From an uncultured Methanosarcinales archaeon (lineage in GTDB: Archaea; Nanobdellota; Nanobdellia; Woesearchaeales; GW2011-AR9), in the NCBI GenBank assembly GCA_964439765.1, contig CAYTOG010000002.1, positions 1 to 50,936 on the forward strand: 50,936 nt of DNA, given 5' to 3'. This document shows, in pieces, positions 27,390 to 36,978 of the stretch. Both the position numbers and the translations under genes were made by a program. Each line of letters starts with the position of its first letter. Positions within the stretch are counted from its first letter, which is position 1. The notes under the pieces are model-generated. The model worked only from the letters and a program-made list of their open reading frames with translations. It was not told where the DNA came from and searched no databases.

Positions 27390-30300
27390 TTACAATTCAT
27401 CCTTGCGTTTGTGGTAGATAAATGATGCTACACCTATTGTTACAATGATGATTATAGCAACTGCAATTAACAGAGTTTGCATATCAACGTCTAACTCAAA
27501 AGCTGCTTCTTCAATTGGTATTGTTGATTCGTCTTCAACAGCTTCTGTCTCTTCTGCTAATTCTTCAGTTTCGTCTTCAGCTGTTTCTTCTACAACAATT
27601 CTGTTTTCAACAACTGAATCTGTATACGCTATTGCAAAATAACTAAATCCAGGTGTTTCTGCAACATATGTATAACCTGAAGCTGATTCTTCTGTGAGGT
27701 AAGTTGTTAGCTCAACCCATGCGTCGTCAACAAAACGATACATTGCAACATGGCTACCATCAGTCCCTGTTTCACTCAACCAGCTTTTGCTTACTTCAAA
27801 CTCAATTTCAACATCTTCTAAGACTTCTTCAGTTAGTGTTGTGACTGTTGTTATTTGGAATCTGCTGTAAGTATCTACTGCATCATCCCCACCAACTTCA
27901 CCAACACTACTTGGGAATTCTTCTTGTATTGAAACTTTAAGGTAAGGCCCATACACTGTTTCAGTTACATCAAAAGTAATTTCTGAGATTGCAATATTAT
28001 CACTATCTACAGTCATTACAACAGGGTCTGTTGTTTCTAATGATGTCCAAGTTGTTTGACTGGTGTCATCGGAACTACTTGTTGTACCTGAATTGGTTGT
28101 TGCTCCGCCACCGCCACCTCCTCCTGAAGAAGAGGATGAGGATGAAGATGAACTACTACTGCTTGAAGAGCTTGAACCTGAATCTGGTTCTCCACCTGCC
28201 CAATTGGAAAACTCACAGTAAGGAAGACGCCATATACAATAATCTGATCCAGTTTCCATTAGTGTTGATTCTGTTGTCCTATCAACACAAGTGTCTAAAT
28301 CATCATTACAATGCCAAAGTTCATCACATGTTCCAACTCCTGGTATCTTTAATGTACAAGTTTCTGGGTATAGGTTGTTTACAATTTTATCTCTTGTTGC
28401 TGAAATCATTCCAGCATATCCTATTGTGTTCCCTGACGCATCAGTTGTTGTTCCAGATCCCAAAGCATCACTGTCCCCAATATCTCTTATCTTTCTACCA
28501 AAACCAGTTTTTGTTAGACTTGTACCATTGAATTCAATCCATGTTGTGTTATCACTTTTTGCAAGTAAGATAGAACTTCTCCTACCATCTGTGTAATTTG
28601 TTTTCATTCCTGCATTTTCTCCACAAACTGAACCTTGTATATGTTCATATACATTGTCTTGATCAAGGTCGTAACTTACATCCCAACCTGTTGGTGCTTC
28701 AATTCTACTAATGAAGTCACAGAATGCACAAGTTGCATCTGTTTCTGTTTTTAGTTCCGTACATTTACTGATTCCACATTTGTTCTGATCATCACATACT
28801 TCAATTCTAAAGTAATATGATGTGTCAGGTTCTAAATTAGAACTAAGAGAGTATATTCCAGCATCATTATAGATTTCACCAACATGAGGCAGCCTATATT
28901 CTCGAATACTGCTACTTGTTACACCCCTATCATAAATAATTGTATCTAAAATAGTACAAGTATTATCAGCACCATAAAAGTGCAATGTTCCATTTGCTGG
29001 TTTATCAGTTATGTACACTATTAATGCACTATCTCGGTATAATTCTTTACTAATTGCAACAACCTTTGGAGTTCTTGTATCTTCATATCCAGTTGCATGA
29101 ACTCCGAACTTATTTGCCGTACAATATGGGTGGTTGTAACATGAATACTCAGCGCAACCAGCTTCTGTCCAACAATCAGCTGTAAATTCAATATATCCCT
29201 TACTTGCTTTATCTTGCCCATAGTTACTTCCATTTGATTTCTTTGAAAGATCTAATGTATCAAGACTAAAGTCTACTGAACCTGGTGTTACAAAACCTGG
29301 CGATGCTGTATCACTTGGGTTTGTTATGTTCATTGATTCATTAGCTGTTGCTACTTCAACTCTAATATCAATTCCTGGCGTGTACAAATCAGGATATGTA
29401 CTCAAGTCATCTTTATCTATTGCGAGCATTCCACCGCCAATTTCTACACACATTTTCTGATTAAAGGCAGTTGCTTTAACTGGTGTTGTAACCCAATTTC
29501 CATCACTACAACGGTATACTTGAGATTGTTCGGTTGCTACACTATTAGTTCCACTCCAAGTGCTCACAAATGTTGCATAAAATTCGTAACCAACAGCACT
29601 TTCATTATCTTTTTTCGCGCAGCCACCTGTTCTATCACCATCAGTATCCAAATACCAATAATATTTCGTAGCATCCATACCAACAGCACTATTTCCAAAC
29701 ATTTTTACTCCATTACATATCGCAGCTTGACCCATATCAACAACTTGAATTCCAAAGCCAAAAGCATCTCCTAGATCTTTCATTCCAAAACTTATGATGT
29801 CTATGGAATCAGGAGTAGCGTCACCTACACTGTCTGACCCAAGCATAGTTATGGTTCCACCTTCCATGTTTTCAAAGTACTTTGCAGCCATGGCTCCACT
29901 ACACCATCCACCAATCCATTTACAAACAGATGTATTTGTTCCAGTATAATTGAATGATTCACATGATTGGCTATCATCCCCACTGACAAAACAAATTGAT
30001 TCACATATCTCTGCTTTACTATTCCAAGCGCAATGTGTTTCTTCGTCACAAGATGTACTGTTTTCTGCAGTCATACATGAAAATGCTTTTTGTTCACAGA
30101 AACTTCCAAAACTATTCCAGCTACAACTATCAATACTTTCGCAAGTTGTTTGATTAGTAGTATATTGTTGACAATTATCTCCTAATTTAATGTCACAGAA
30201 TGGACTTCCTTCACTAAACCAACCACATCCATTTGTCTCATCACATCCTGTTTGATTTCCATCATATAGTTTACAATCTAAACCATTTCCAGAGTATCCA

Positions 30301-33300
30301 CCATCATCTCCGCCTACTCCTGCATTAGTAGTTGAACCAAATCCTGGAGGATCACAAAATCCTGAAACCCAATTACAACCAATTCCTTCACAACCAGTTT
30401 GATCATTTTTATTCCAACATGAATCAGTTCCTGATGTTACACCTTCGCACCAACTGTCACCCCATTCATTAGTACTCCAATTACACCATTCAGAATTTGT
30501 TGCATTCGTACAAACTGATGAAGATTCATATTGCCAACATGAAAATTTGGAATGGTCACAATAACCTGCATCTTCTCCTTGTGATGCACACCAGCTATCT
30601 TCCATCCAATTACATGGTTTTGCACCATTGCCATCAGCTGTCCCTGCATCTTCACAAGTTGCTGATCCATCACTATCATGTTGTATACAATTATACCATT
30701 CTCCTTCATATGTCCAATCAGGATCACAATAACCTCCTGATTCACTACACCAATCATCAATCATCCATGTGCAATCTGCTATTTCAGAACAAGATGTTGA
30801 ATTTTCAGCATTGAAACAGCTGCTAAAACTTGCATCATCCCAATTTTCTTCACACATTCCACCAAAATCACTATGCCAAACACACCCTGATGCTTCACAA
30901 AATGTTTGATTTGTTCCATCATGGCTCCAACAGTCACTTCCTGGGATATCACACCAACTTCCCCATTGTTCATCAATCCATGTACAATTTCCACTTCCTG
31001 TATCTGTTGTTATACATGTTGCTTCTTCACTTTTTCCAAAGCACTCTTGCCCAACTCCAACAAGTCCACCACCACAAAATGGATCACTATAACACATTGA
31101 ATCTGCACAATCAGTTTTTCCATCATTATTGTTATCTATTCCATCAAAACAGAACTCCATTTGGTCTGCTCCTTGACTTGGTTGACATTTAATTGTCTCT
31201 GTATCACTCCAACTACATTGTGCAGCTAATGCAGAGTCGCCTTTTTTATTTCCATATTGTGTACATTGACTTTGGGAATCACATTTTAAACAACTATCTG
31301 CACAAGTCTTCTCGGATTCTGATGCGCAACGTCCTTTACTTTCATCAGTTGGATAATCTAAATTTACTATCCACTGACAATTTGCATCACTATTTTTACA
31401 GAAATATGATGGTTTATTTGTCTTATCTGCAGCTGTTGAATCTCCCATATGAGTACAACTTCCACAATCTTCATTACATGTTCCAGCAATTCCTTGGACA
31501 AATTCATCTTTTACATTACAAGATCCTAAACCATTTGGCGCAGTTGTATCACTTGTGTACTCACAAAATCCTAAATTTGATCCAACACATGCACTTTTGA
31601 AATCTGTTGCACTACTCCAATTAGTTCCATCTGTTTGATATTCACAAGCATAACATTCTTTGTTACAATTACGTTCTTCATCAAACTTAAGTTCACATCT
31701 TCCCGCAGGAATTGCTATATCTCCTTCACAGTAACTTTCAACAACCCAAATTCCACCTGCGTATTCACAGCTTTGTTCGTTATCAACATAAATTAAGTTC
31801 TCTCTTCCTTCAGTAAATATCTTATCTAGCCTTGCTTCACAATGTTCTGTTCCGTTATTCCACTGACATGGCATATACCATGGAGCACCTGAAATCTGTA
31901 AACAAAGGTCGTCGTCATCGTATGCGTTATAATCTTCACAGAAGCTTGCCCCATCTGGTGGAGTATCAATATCATCGTAGCAATTTGCACTAAATTGATC
32001 TTTTGCACAACTTGATCCTTGCCAGCTACAACAACTGCTCAATGCTGCAATGGAATTACAAAGGCCTGTCGCATTAATGTCGGTACAAGTTAGACCACTT
32101 TCTGAGATTGTTGCATTTGAATTACAAGTTCCTCCCGACCAACTACATCCTTCTGTTTCCCCACATGATGTCTCATTAAAATCAAATATATAACACCCAG
32201 GATTCCATTCTGTATGTATGTTAATTATTCCTAAATCTGCATAAGTAGAACAACTTGATGATGAACTATTCCATGAACATCCATAATCATAACATTCTTT
32301 TTCACTGTTAACATCAGAACAACTTCCAGAGGTTACATCTTCATAACACCAACTTCCATCGGCTTCCCAAGTACATGTTAATCCTGCTGCGTTGTTTACA
32401 CAAGAGTCTTCATCACTTCCATCAAAAGACCAGCACCTAGTTTCTTCACACCAACCAGTTGATGTTGAAGTCTCCCATTTACAATTGCCATTTGCATCAC
32501 AACTGTTTGCATCATCAAAATTCCAACATCCTCTATCATTACAGTAAGGGTCACTCCAAGAACACTCCAAACTATTTGTATTATTTACACAAGCAGTTCC
32601 GTTAGTATAACTAAAATCACTACACCAATAATCTGAACAATATCCATTATCCCATCGACAACTATTGCTTTCACAGGCAGTAGAATTTGTATAATCCCAA
32701 CATCCAGCTTCAGAACAGTATTCATATTGAGTGTTCCATACACAAGTGTTACTGTTATATCCTGTTGCTGCTTCACATGTTGTTTTTGTTGATTGGTCCC
32801 AACAACCTTCTTGATAACAATCTCCCCAAGTACAACCATCTATTGCTGTACAAGCAGAATCTGTTGTTTGTTCCCAACAACTTTTTTCCCATGGGCCCAT
32901 ACAAGGGAATTGGTTATTGTCAGCGTTATAAGTATCTTCCCATACACAAGAAAGTCCTTGAGAGTTGCTTTCACAAGCTGTTTGGTTTGTTCCACCAAAA
33001 GACCAACATTGAACTTCAGTACACCAACCAGAATCAGAAGAACTTTTCCAAGTACATGTTTTGTTTAAATAAGAATCACTTGAAGAATCGTTTGAAGCTT
33101 CACATGCAGTTTGTCCCCATTGAGACCAACATTGTTTTTCTTCACACCAAGATCCCCATGGGTCAGTTTTCCATTTACAATCAGAATTATCTTCACATGT
33201 GGATTCGGTGGAAAAATCCCAACAACTAGAAGACATCGTTGATACTGGCAATCCACCAGAATCAAATTCCGCAACTGCTAACCCAGTTATAGAATTCCCT

Positions 33301-33419
33301 GAATCGAACATTGTTAAGAGGTCTGAATTGCTATCAAGCAAGTTCATTCCGATAAAACCTCCAAGAATAAAAACTACTGCAATTAAGAAAAATACTTTAT
33401 GCGTTCGATCCATACTCAC
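27390..33419 (-). CDS. giant cysteine-rich, membrane-anchored surface protein
   Basis: 2009-aa ORF. Has an N-terminal signal/TM helix, about two dozen 4-Cys modules (C[WYF]..C..CxW..C), a poly-Ser/Gly linker, a PGF-pre-PGF-like domain ending ETPGFSYFAIAY, an acidic spacer, and a C-terminal TM plus KRK. The ORF-track start is GTG 33419; the in-frame ATG at 33413 lies 7 nt after GAGGTG and is the likelier start. Confidence 0.85.
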   Translation of the reverse strand: MSMDRTHKVFFLIAVVFILGGFIGMNLLDSNSDLLTMFDSGNSITGLAVAEFDSGGLPVSTMSSSCWDFSTESTCEDNSDCKWKTDPWGSWCEEKQCWSQWGQTACEASNDSSSDSYLNKTCTWKSSSDSGWCTEVQCWSFGGTNQTACESNSQGLSCVWEDTYNADNNQFPCMGPWEKSCWEQTTDSACTAIDGCTWGDCYQEGCWDQSTKTTCEAATGYNSNTCVWNTQYEYCSEAGCWDYTNSTACESNSCRWDNGYCSDYWCSDFSYTNGTACVNNTNSLECSWSDPYCNDRGCWNFDDANSCDANGNCKWETSTSTGWCEETRCWSFDGSDEDSCVNNAAGLTCTWEADGSWCYEDVTSGSCSDVNSEKECYDYGCSWNSSSSSCSTYADLGIINIHTEWNPGCYIFDFNETSCGETEGCSWSGGTCNSNATISESGLTCTDINATGLCNSIAALSSCCSWQGSSCAKDQFSANCYDDIDTPPDGASFCEDYNAYDDDDLCLQISGAPWYMPCQWNNGTEHCEARLDKIFTEGRENLIYVDNEQSCEYAGGIWVVESYCEGDIAIPAGRCELKFDEERNCNKECYACEYQTDGTNWSSATDFKSACVGSNLGFCEYTSDTTAPNGLGSCNVKDEFVQGIAGTCNEDCGSCTHMGDSTAADKTNKPSYFCKNSDANCQWIVNLDYPTDESKGRCASESEKTCADSCLKCDSQSQCTQYGNKKGDSALAAQCSWSDTETIKCQPSQGADQMEFCFDGIDNNNDGKTDCADSMCYSDPFCGGGLVGVGQECFGKSEEATCITTDTGSGNCTWIDEQWGSWCDIPGSDCWSHDGTNQTFCEASGCVWHSDFGGMCEENWDDASFSSCFNAENSTSCSEIADCTWMIDDWCSESGGYCDPDWTYEGEWYNCIQHDSDGSATCEDAGTADGNGAKPCNWMEDSWCASQGEDAGYCDHSKFSCWQYESSSVCTNATNSEWCNWSTNEWGDSWCEGVTSGTDSCWNKNDQTGCEGIGCNWVSGFCDPPGFGSTTNAGVGGDDGGYSGNGLDCKLYDGNQTGCDETNGCGWFSEGSPFCDIKLGDNCQQYTTNQTTCESIDSCSWNSFGSFCEQKAFSCMTAENSTSCDEETHCAWNSKAEICESICFVSGDDSQSCESFNYTGTNTSVCKWIGGWCSGAMAAKYFENMEGGTITMLGSDSVGDATPDSIDIISFGMKDLGDAFGFGIQVVDMGQAAICNGVKMFGNSAVGMDATKYYWYLDTDGDRTGGCAKKDNESAVGYEFYATFVSTWSGTNSVATEQSQVYRCSDGNWVTTPVKATAFNQKMCVEIGGGMLAIDKDDLSTYPDLYTPGIDIRVEVATANESMNITNPSDTASPGFVTPGSVDFSLDTLDLSKKSNGSNYGQDKASKGYIEFTADCWTEAGCAEYSCYNHPYCTANKFGVHATGYEDTRTPKVVAISKELYRDSALIVYITDKPANGTLHFYGADNTCTILDTIIYDRGVTSSSIREYRLPHVGEIYNDAGIYSLSSNLEPDTSYYFRIEVCDDQNKCGISKCTELKTETDATCAFCDFISRIEAPTGWDVSYDLDQDNVYEHIQGSVCGENAGMKTNYTDGRRSSILLAKSDNTTWIEFNGTSLTKTGFGRKIRDIGDSDALGSGTTTDASGNTIGYAGMISATRDKIVNNLYPETCTLKIPGVGTCDELWHCNDDLDTCVDRTTESTLMETGSDYCIWRLPYCEFSNWAGGEPDSGSSSSSSSSSSSSSSSSSGGGGGGGATTNSGTTSSSDDTSQTTWTSLETTDPVVMTVDSDNIAISEITFDVTETVYGPYLKVSIQEEFPSSVGEVGGDDAVDTYSRFQITTVTTLTEEVLEDVEIEFEVSKSWLSETGTDGSHVAMYRFVDDAWVELTTYLTEESASGYTYVAETPGFSYFAIAYTDSVVENRIVVEETAEDETEELAEETEAVEDESTIPIEEAAFELDVDMQTLLIAVAIIIIVTIGVASFIYHKRKDEL

Positions 33420-33636
33420 CCACCTCTTTTGTACTCAATAATAACCTTGCTTTGTACCACCAATAGCAAAGATCAAATATATTTTATATTATGTATTTTA
33501 ATCTTGAATGATTTAGAGTATATAAATATTCCTTGAGTACAATACTAAATATTATTGAAGTTCTGTTTGGGATAAACAAAAAAAATGTTACAAAAATTGC
33601 CTGAAATGTTGCAAGAATACAAAAATAAAAAATATG

Positions 33637-34290
33637 TTATTTTTCGTTTGGATACTTACAATACTTTGTAATCTTGCATTGTTCACATTTTGGTCTAACT
33701 GGTGCACATATTCTCTGCCCATGGTCCACAAGCAATGAATTTACTTTAATCCATTTATTCTTTGGTAGAAGTTTCATTAATTCTTGCTCTGTTTGTTCAG
33801 GTGTTTTTGTGTTGATCCACGCAAGTCTGTTTTTGTTTGTAATTCTATGAACATGAATGTCAACTGCTATTGCTGGAACACCGTACACATAACTTAAGAT
33901 ACAATTTGCAGTTTTTCTTCCAACTCCAGGAAGAGACATTAATTCCTTTCTTGTTTTTGGAACCTTTCCTTCAAATTGATCTAACAAAATTACACATAAT
34001 TGAAGAATATGTTTTGCTTTTGTGTTATGAAATCCTATGCCATGAATCTTTTTTGAAAGTTCTCTTTGGTTTAATTGAAGCATTGTTTCTGCTGTCCCAT
34101 ATTTCTTGAACAATTTTAGCGCAATTGGAATTACTGTTGAGTCTTTGCTTCTTGCACTGAGTAATGTCATTATAAGAAGTTGGAACGCTGAAAGATGTTT
34201 GTATTCCTCAAGCATTGTTTTACTTTTATGTTTCTTTTTATCTTTTGTTAATAGATTAAGAACTGTTTGAATTTCTTTTTGTGAAACCAT
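33637..34290 (-). CDS. nth: endonuclease III (DNA glycosylase/AP lyase)
   Basis: HhH-GPD LPGVGRKTANCIL, DIHVHRI and the C-terminal 4Fe-4S cluster loop CAPVRPKCEQCKITKYC. Confidence 0.9.
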   Translation of the reverse strand: MVSQKEIQTVLNLLTKDKKKHKSKTMLEEYKHLSAFQLLIMTLLSARSKDSTVIPIALKLFKKYGTAETMLQLNQRELSKKIHGIGFHNTKAKHILQLCVILLDQFEGKVPKTRKELMSLPGVGRKTANCILSYVYGVPAIAVDIHVHRITNKNRLAWINTKTPEQTEQELMKLLPKNKWIKVNSLLVDHGQRICAPVRPKCEQCKITKYCKYPNEK

Positions 34291-34307
34291 TGTCTTTTTG
34301 AAACTTA

Positions 34308-35306
34308 TTACTTACAAATCTCTTTTACTTCTTTTCCTTCAAAAAGTATTTTGTACAAAGTTGTTGTAAGAGGTGCTTTGATATTATGTGCCTGCGTCAT
34401 TTGGTGGACTACCTTTATTGTTGTATGGCCCTCAACAGATTTCTTTTCTTCATACATCTGTTTAATAGCATCTTCTGGTGAGATTCCTGCGCCAACACGT
34501 CTTCCGAACTCTTTATTTCGTGATCCCCCAAAACATGTTGTCATTAAATCTCCCCACCATGCATGAGATCCTGGAGCAAAAGTATCACTTGTTGCACCAA
34601 GTGCTAAAGCCAAATCTTGCATTTCTTTTGCTATTTCAGTTATGAATCCTGATTTAGAACTTTCTTTTAAGCTCAATCCATCAAACACTCCAGCACCAAT
34701 TGCTGCAACGTTTTTGAGAGCACCACATAATTCGGTTCCTATTACATCAGTTGATGTTCTAATTTTTAATGTATTGTTTTGAATTAGAGTTTTGAGAAGT
34801 TCTGCAATTTCTTTTTTTTCACATGCTATGTCAGCACCCAATGGTGCATCTTTAGTTACTTCTGCTGCTATCATTCCACCAGAAAGGGTTGCATAAGTGT
34901 AAGCATGGTTTGGTAATTCTTCGCTTAGTATTTCTGAAATGCGTTTATTTGTTTCTTGTTCTAAACCTTTTCCTAGGTTAAGGAAAATAACTTCATGTGT
35001 TAATTCTTTTGCCAAAGCTTTTGATGCCTTGCGAAAAAATTTTGATGGGATAGCTAGAACTATTAAATTTGTATCTTTAATTGCATTTAGCAGATCTGTT
35101 GTCGCACTCACATTTTGTGGTAATTTTATTCCTTGATGAAAAAAAGGATGCTCATTTGTCTCTTGAATCTTTTTGATAACTTCTTCTTGTATGTCATAGA
35201 TTGTAATTGGAATTTCATTGTTGTTATTTGCAAGCACATGCGCAATTGCAAATCCAAAGGCACCAGCTCCTAAAATTGTTATTTTGTTGATTTTTGTTTC
35301 TGCCAT
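34308..35306 (-). CDS. gpsA: NAD(P)H-dependent sn-glycerol-3-phosphate dehydrogenase
   Basis: ILGAGAFG Rossmann motif, LGKGLE and GALKNVAAIGAG, typical of bacterial GpsA. Confidence 0.85.
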   Translation of the reverse strand: MAETKINKITILGAGAFGFAIAHVLANNNNEIPITIYDIQEEVIKKIQETNEHPFFHQGIKLPQNVSATTDLLNAIKDTNLIVLAIPSKFFRKASKALAKELTHEVIFLNLGKGLEQETNKRISEILSEELPNHAYTYATLSGGMIAAEVTKDAPLGADIACEKKEIAELLKTLIQNNTLKIRTSTDVIGTELCGALKNVAAIGAGVFDGLSLKESSKSGFITEIAKEMQDLALALGATSDTFAPGSHAWWGDLMTTCFGGSRNKEFGRRVGAGISPEDAIKQMYEEKKSVEGHTTIKVVHQMTQAHNIKAPLTTTLYKILFEGKEVKEICK

Positions 35307-35443
35307 AAATAACTGTTTTGAATGTTAGTGTTTAAGAGTTTTGTGCATTATTATGCTTCATGAAAAAAAGAAAATTACTTCAACAAACTTTATATACTCG
35401 AATTTTGAATAGTTTTAGTATCAAATATGAGGTGTAAATTATT

Positions 35444-35776
35444 ATGGTAACAGTTCTTGATGAAAAAAGTTTTAACCAACATGTTGTAGAAAAAGGAGAA
35501 TTAATCTTAGTTGACTTTTGGGCAAGTTGGTGTGGTCCTTGTAAAGCACTCGCTCCTGTTCTTGATGATGTTAGCAAAGATGATGATTTTAAGGGTAAAT
35601 TAAAATTCGGTAAGATTAGTACTGAAGATCATCCAGAGGTAGCTCAAGCACACGATATTTCAGGAATTCCTTGTTTGATTATCTTCAAAGATGGAAAAGA
35701 AGTTGATCGAATTGTTGGCTTTAGTCCAAAACCTGTTCTTAAAGGCAAAATCGCTGATATTCTTGCGAAGCTTTGA
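35444..35776 (+). CDS. trxA: thioredoxin
   Basis: 110 aa with the WASWCGPCK active site. Confidence 0.9.
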   Translation: MVTVLDEKSFNQHVVEKGELILVDFWASWCGPCKALAPVLDDVSKDDDFKGKLKFGKISTEDHPEVAQAHDISGIPCLIIFKDGKEVDRIVGFSPKPVLKGKIADILAKL

Positions 35777-35825
35777 TTATTTTTTTATTTTTTTGTTTAC
35801 TTATTTGAAATTATTAAAAAAAGAA

Positions 35826-36017
35826 TTATTGATCTACTGTTGAAACTGTAGGTGCTGGTTTGCCTTCTATCTCTGCTTCTAACTCTTCAAGTTGCTTCTT
35901 GTAATTATTGATTCTTGCAACCTTCGCTTCATGTAGTTGGCCTTGGCTTAAATCCCATTCCATTGTTAGAATCTTTTTGCGAATTGCAACTGCCCTAATT
36001 TTTAGTTCTTGCGTCAT
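35826..36017 (-). CDS. small hypothetical coiled-coil protein
   Basis: 63-aa ORF in its own interval. Charged helical sequence. Confidence 0.3.
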   Translation of the reverse strand: MTQELKIRAVAIRKKILTMEWDLSQGQLHEAKVARINNYKKQLEELEAEIEGKPAPTVSTVDQ

Positions 36018-36127
36018 AATATCAACTCATTCTCTCTAATTTAATTTGAAGAGTTAGTGAAATATATAAGAATTTCGAGGGTTTTGTGACTATTTTATGG
36101 AAAAAGGCAAGAAATTGACTTATTTGA

Positions 36128-36838
36128 TCACTTTATCATTTTATACTTCTGAAAATTATGACAAACATGTTTTCCTTCTTTATGATCTTCATACAACTTA
36201 TCTATCACTTTTAGGACTTCACTTTGACGTTTTGCATTAAAAATATTGTTCATATCTTCTTTGCTCATTAGTTTTTTCTTAAGTGGTTGTTTCTTAATCC
36301 AATCAAGTAAACCTTCATACATACTCCCAAGTAAAATAATTGGAGTATCACAAATATGTTTGACTTGTACAAGTTGCCAAGTATAAAAAAATTCAAGAAG
36401 TGTTCCAATTCCCCCTGGAGCTACAATTACAACGTTCGAAAGTGACATGAATGTGTCAAGTCTACTACTAAATCTATCAAAGTTTTTATAGACATCCAAA
36501 TGCTTTCCTTCTTTTTGTTCTAATGGTAATTTGATGTTTAATCCAATTGAATGAGAATCTTTGTTTTTTTGTTTTGATTTTTTTCTTCCTTTATGATGCC
36601 CACTATTCGCTGCTTGCATAATCCCTGGTCCGCCACCTGTCACCACATCAAAACCACGCTCTCCAAGTTTTTCTGCAAGATTATGTACTATCTTATATCT
36701 TGGATCACCTTTCTTTATTCTAGCTGATCCAAAGATGGCAACTCTGAAATGATCACTCTTCAATTCCTTTGTTATAGAATGTTTTTGTTTGGAACTTCGT
36801 TTTTTTGAAAGCTTCTTCATTTTTTTCCCAATAACCAT
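36128..36838 (-). CDS. LOG family (TIGR00730) nucleotide-binding protein
   Basis: VAIFGSAR, GGGPGIMQAAN and PGGIGTLLEF motifs, with a lysine-rich insertion. Confidence 0.8.
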   Translation of the reverse strand: MVIGKKMKKLSKKRSSKQKHSITKELKSDHFRVAIFGSARIKKGDPRYKIVHNLAEKLGERGFDVVTGGGPGIMQAANSGHHKGRKKSKQKNKDSHSIGLNIKLPLEQKEGKHLDVYKNFDRFSSRLDTFMSLSNVVIVAPGGIGTLLEFFYTWQLVQVKHICDTPIILLGSMYEGLLDWIKKQPLKKKLMSKEDMNNIFNAKRQSEVLKVIDKLYEDHKEGKHVCHNFQKYKMIK

Positions 36839-36978
36839 CTTTGTTGAAATAATCTTTTAGCTGTAATAAAACTTACTATTACATTGTTTTAAGTTAAATT
36901 AATAGATTAATCTTCCAAAAAGTATAAATACTAGTTGAATTAACAATAGTTAATAACTGGTGGCCAGAGGGGATTTCT

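Noticed and set aside
28104-28178. Poly-Ser/Gly tract as a hypermutable simple-sequence repeat or phase-variation switch.
   Set aside because: At the DNA level the serines use a mixture of TCA/AGC/TCT/AGT/TCC codons, so there is no long perfect nucleotide repeat to slip.
27445-33441. Numerous 60-180-aa ORFs in the track that are antisense to, or in alternate frames of, the giant gene (for example 27989..28531, 30497..30814, 31193..31600, 32687..33229).
   Set aside because: They lie entirely inside a 2009-codon ORF with coherent domain architecture. Their products are low-complexity (H/L/N/Y-rich) shadows of the Cys/Trp/Ser codon bias on the other strand.
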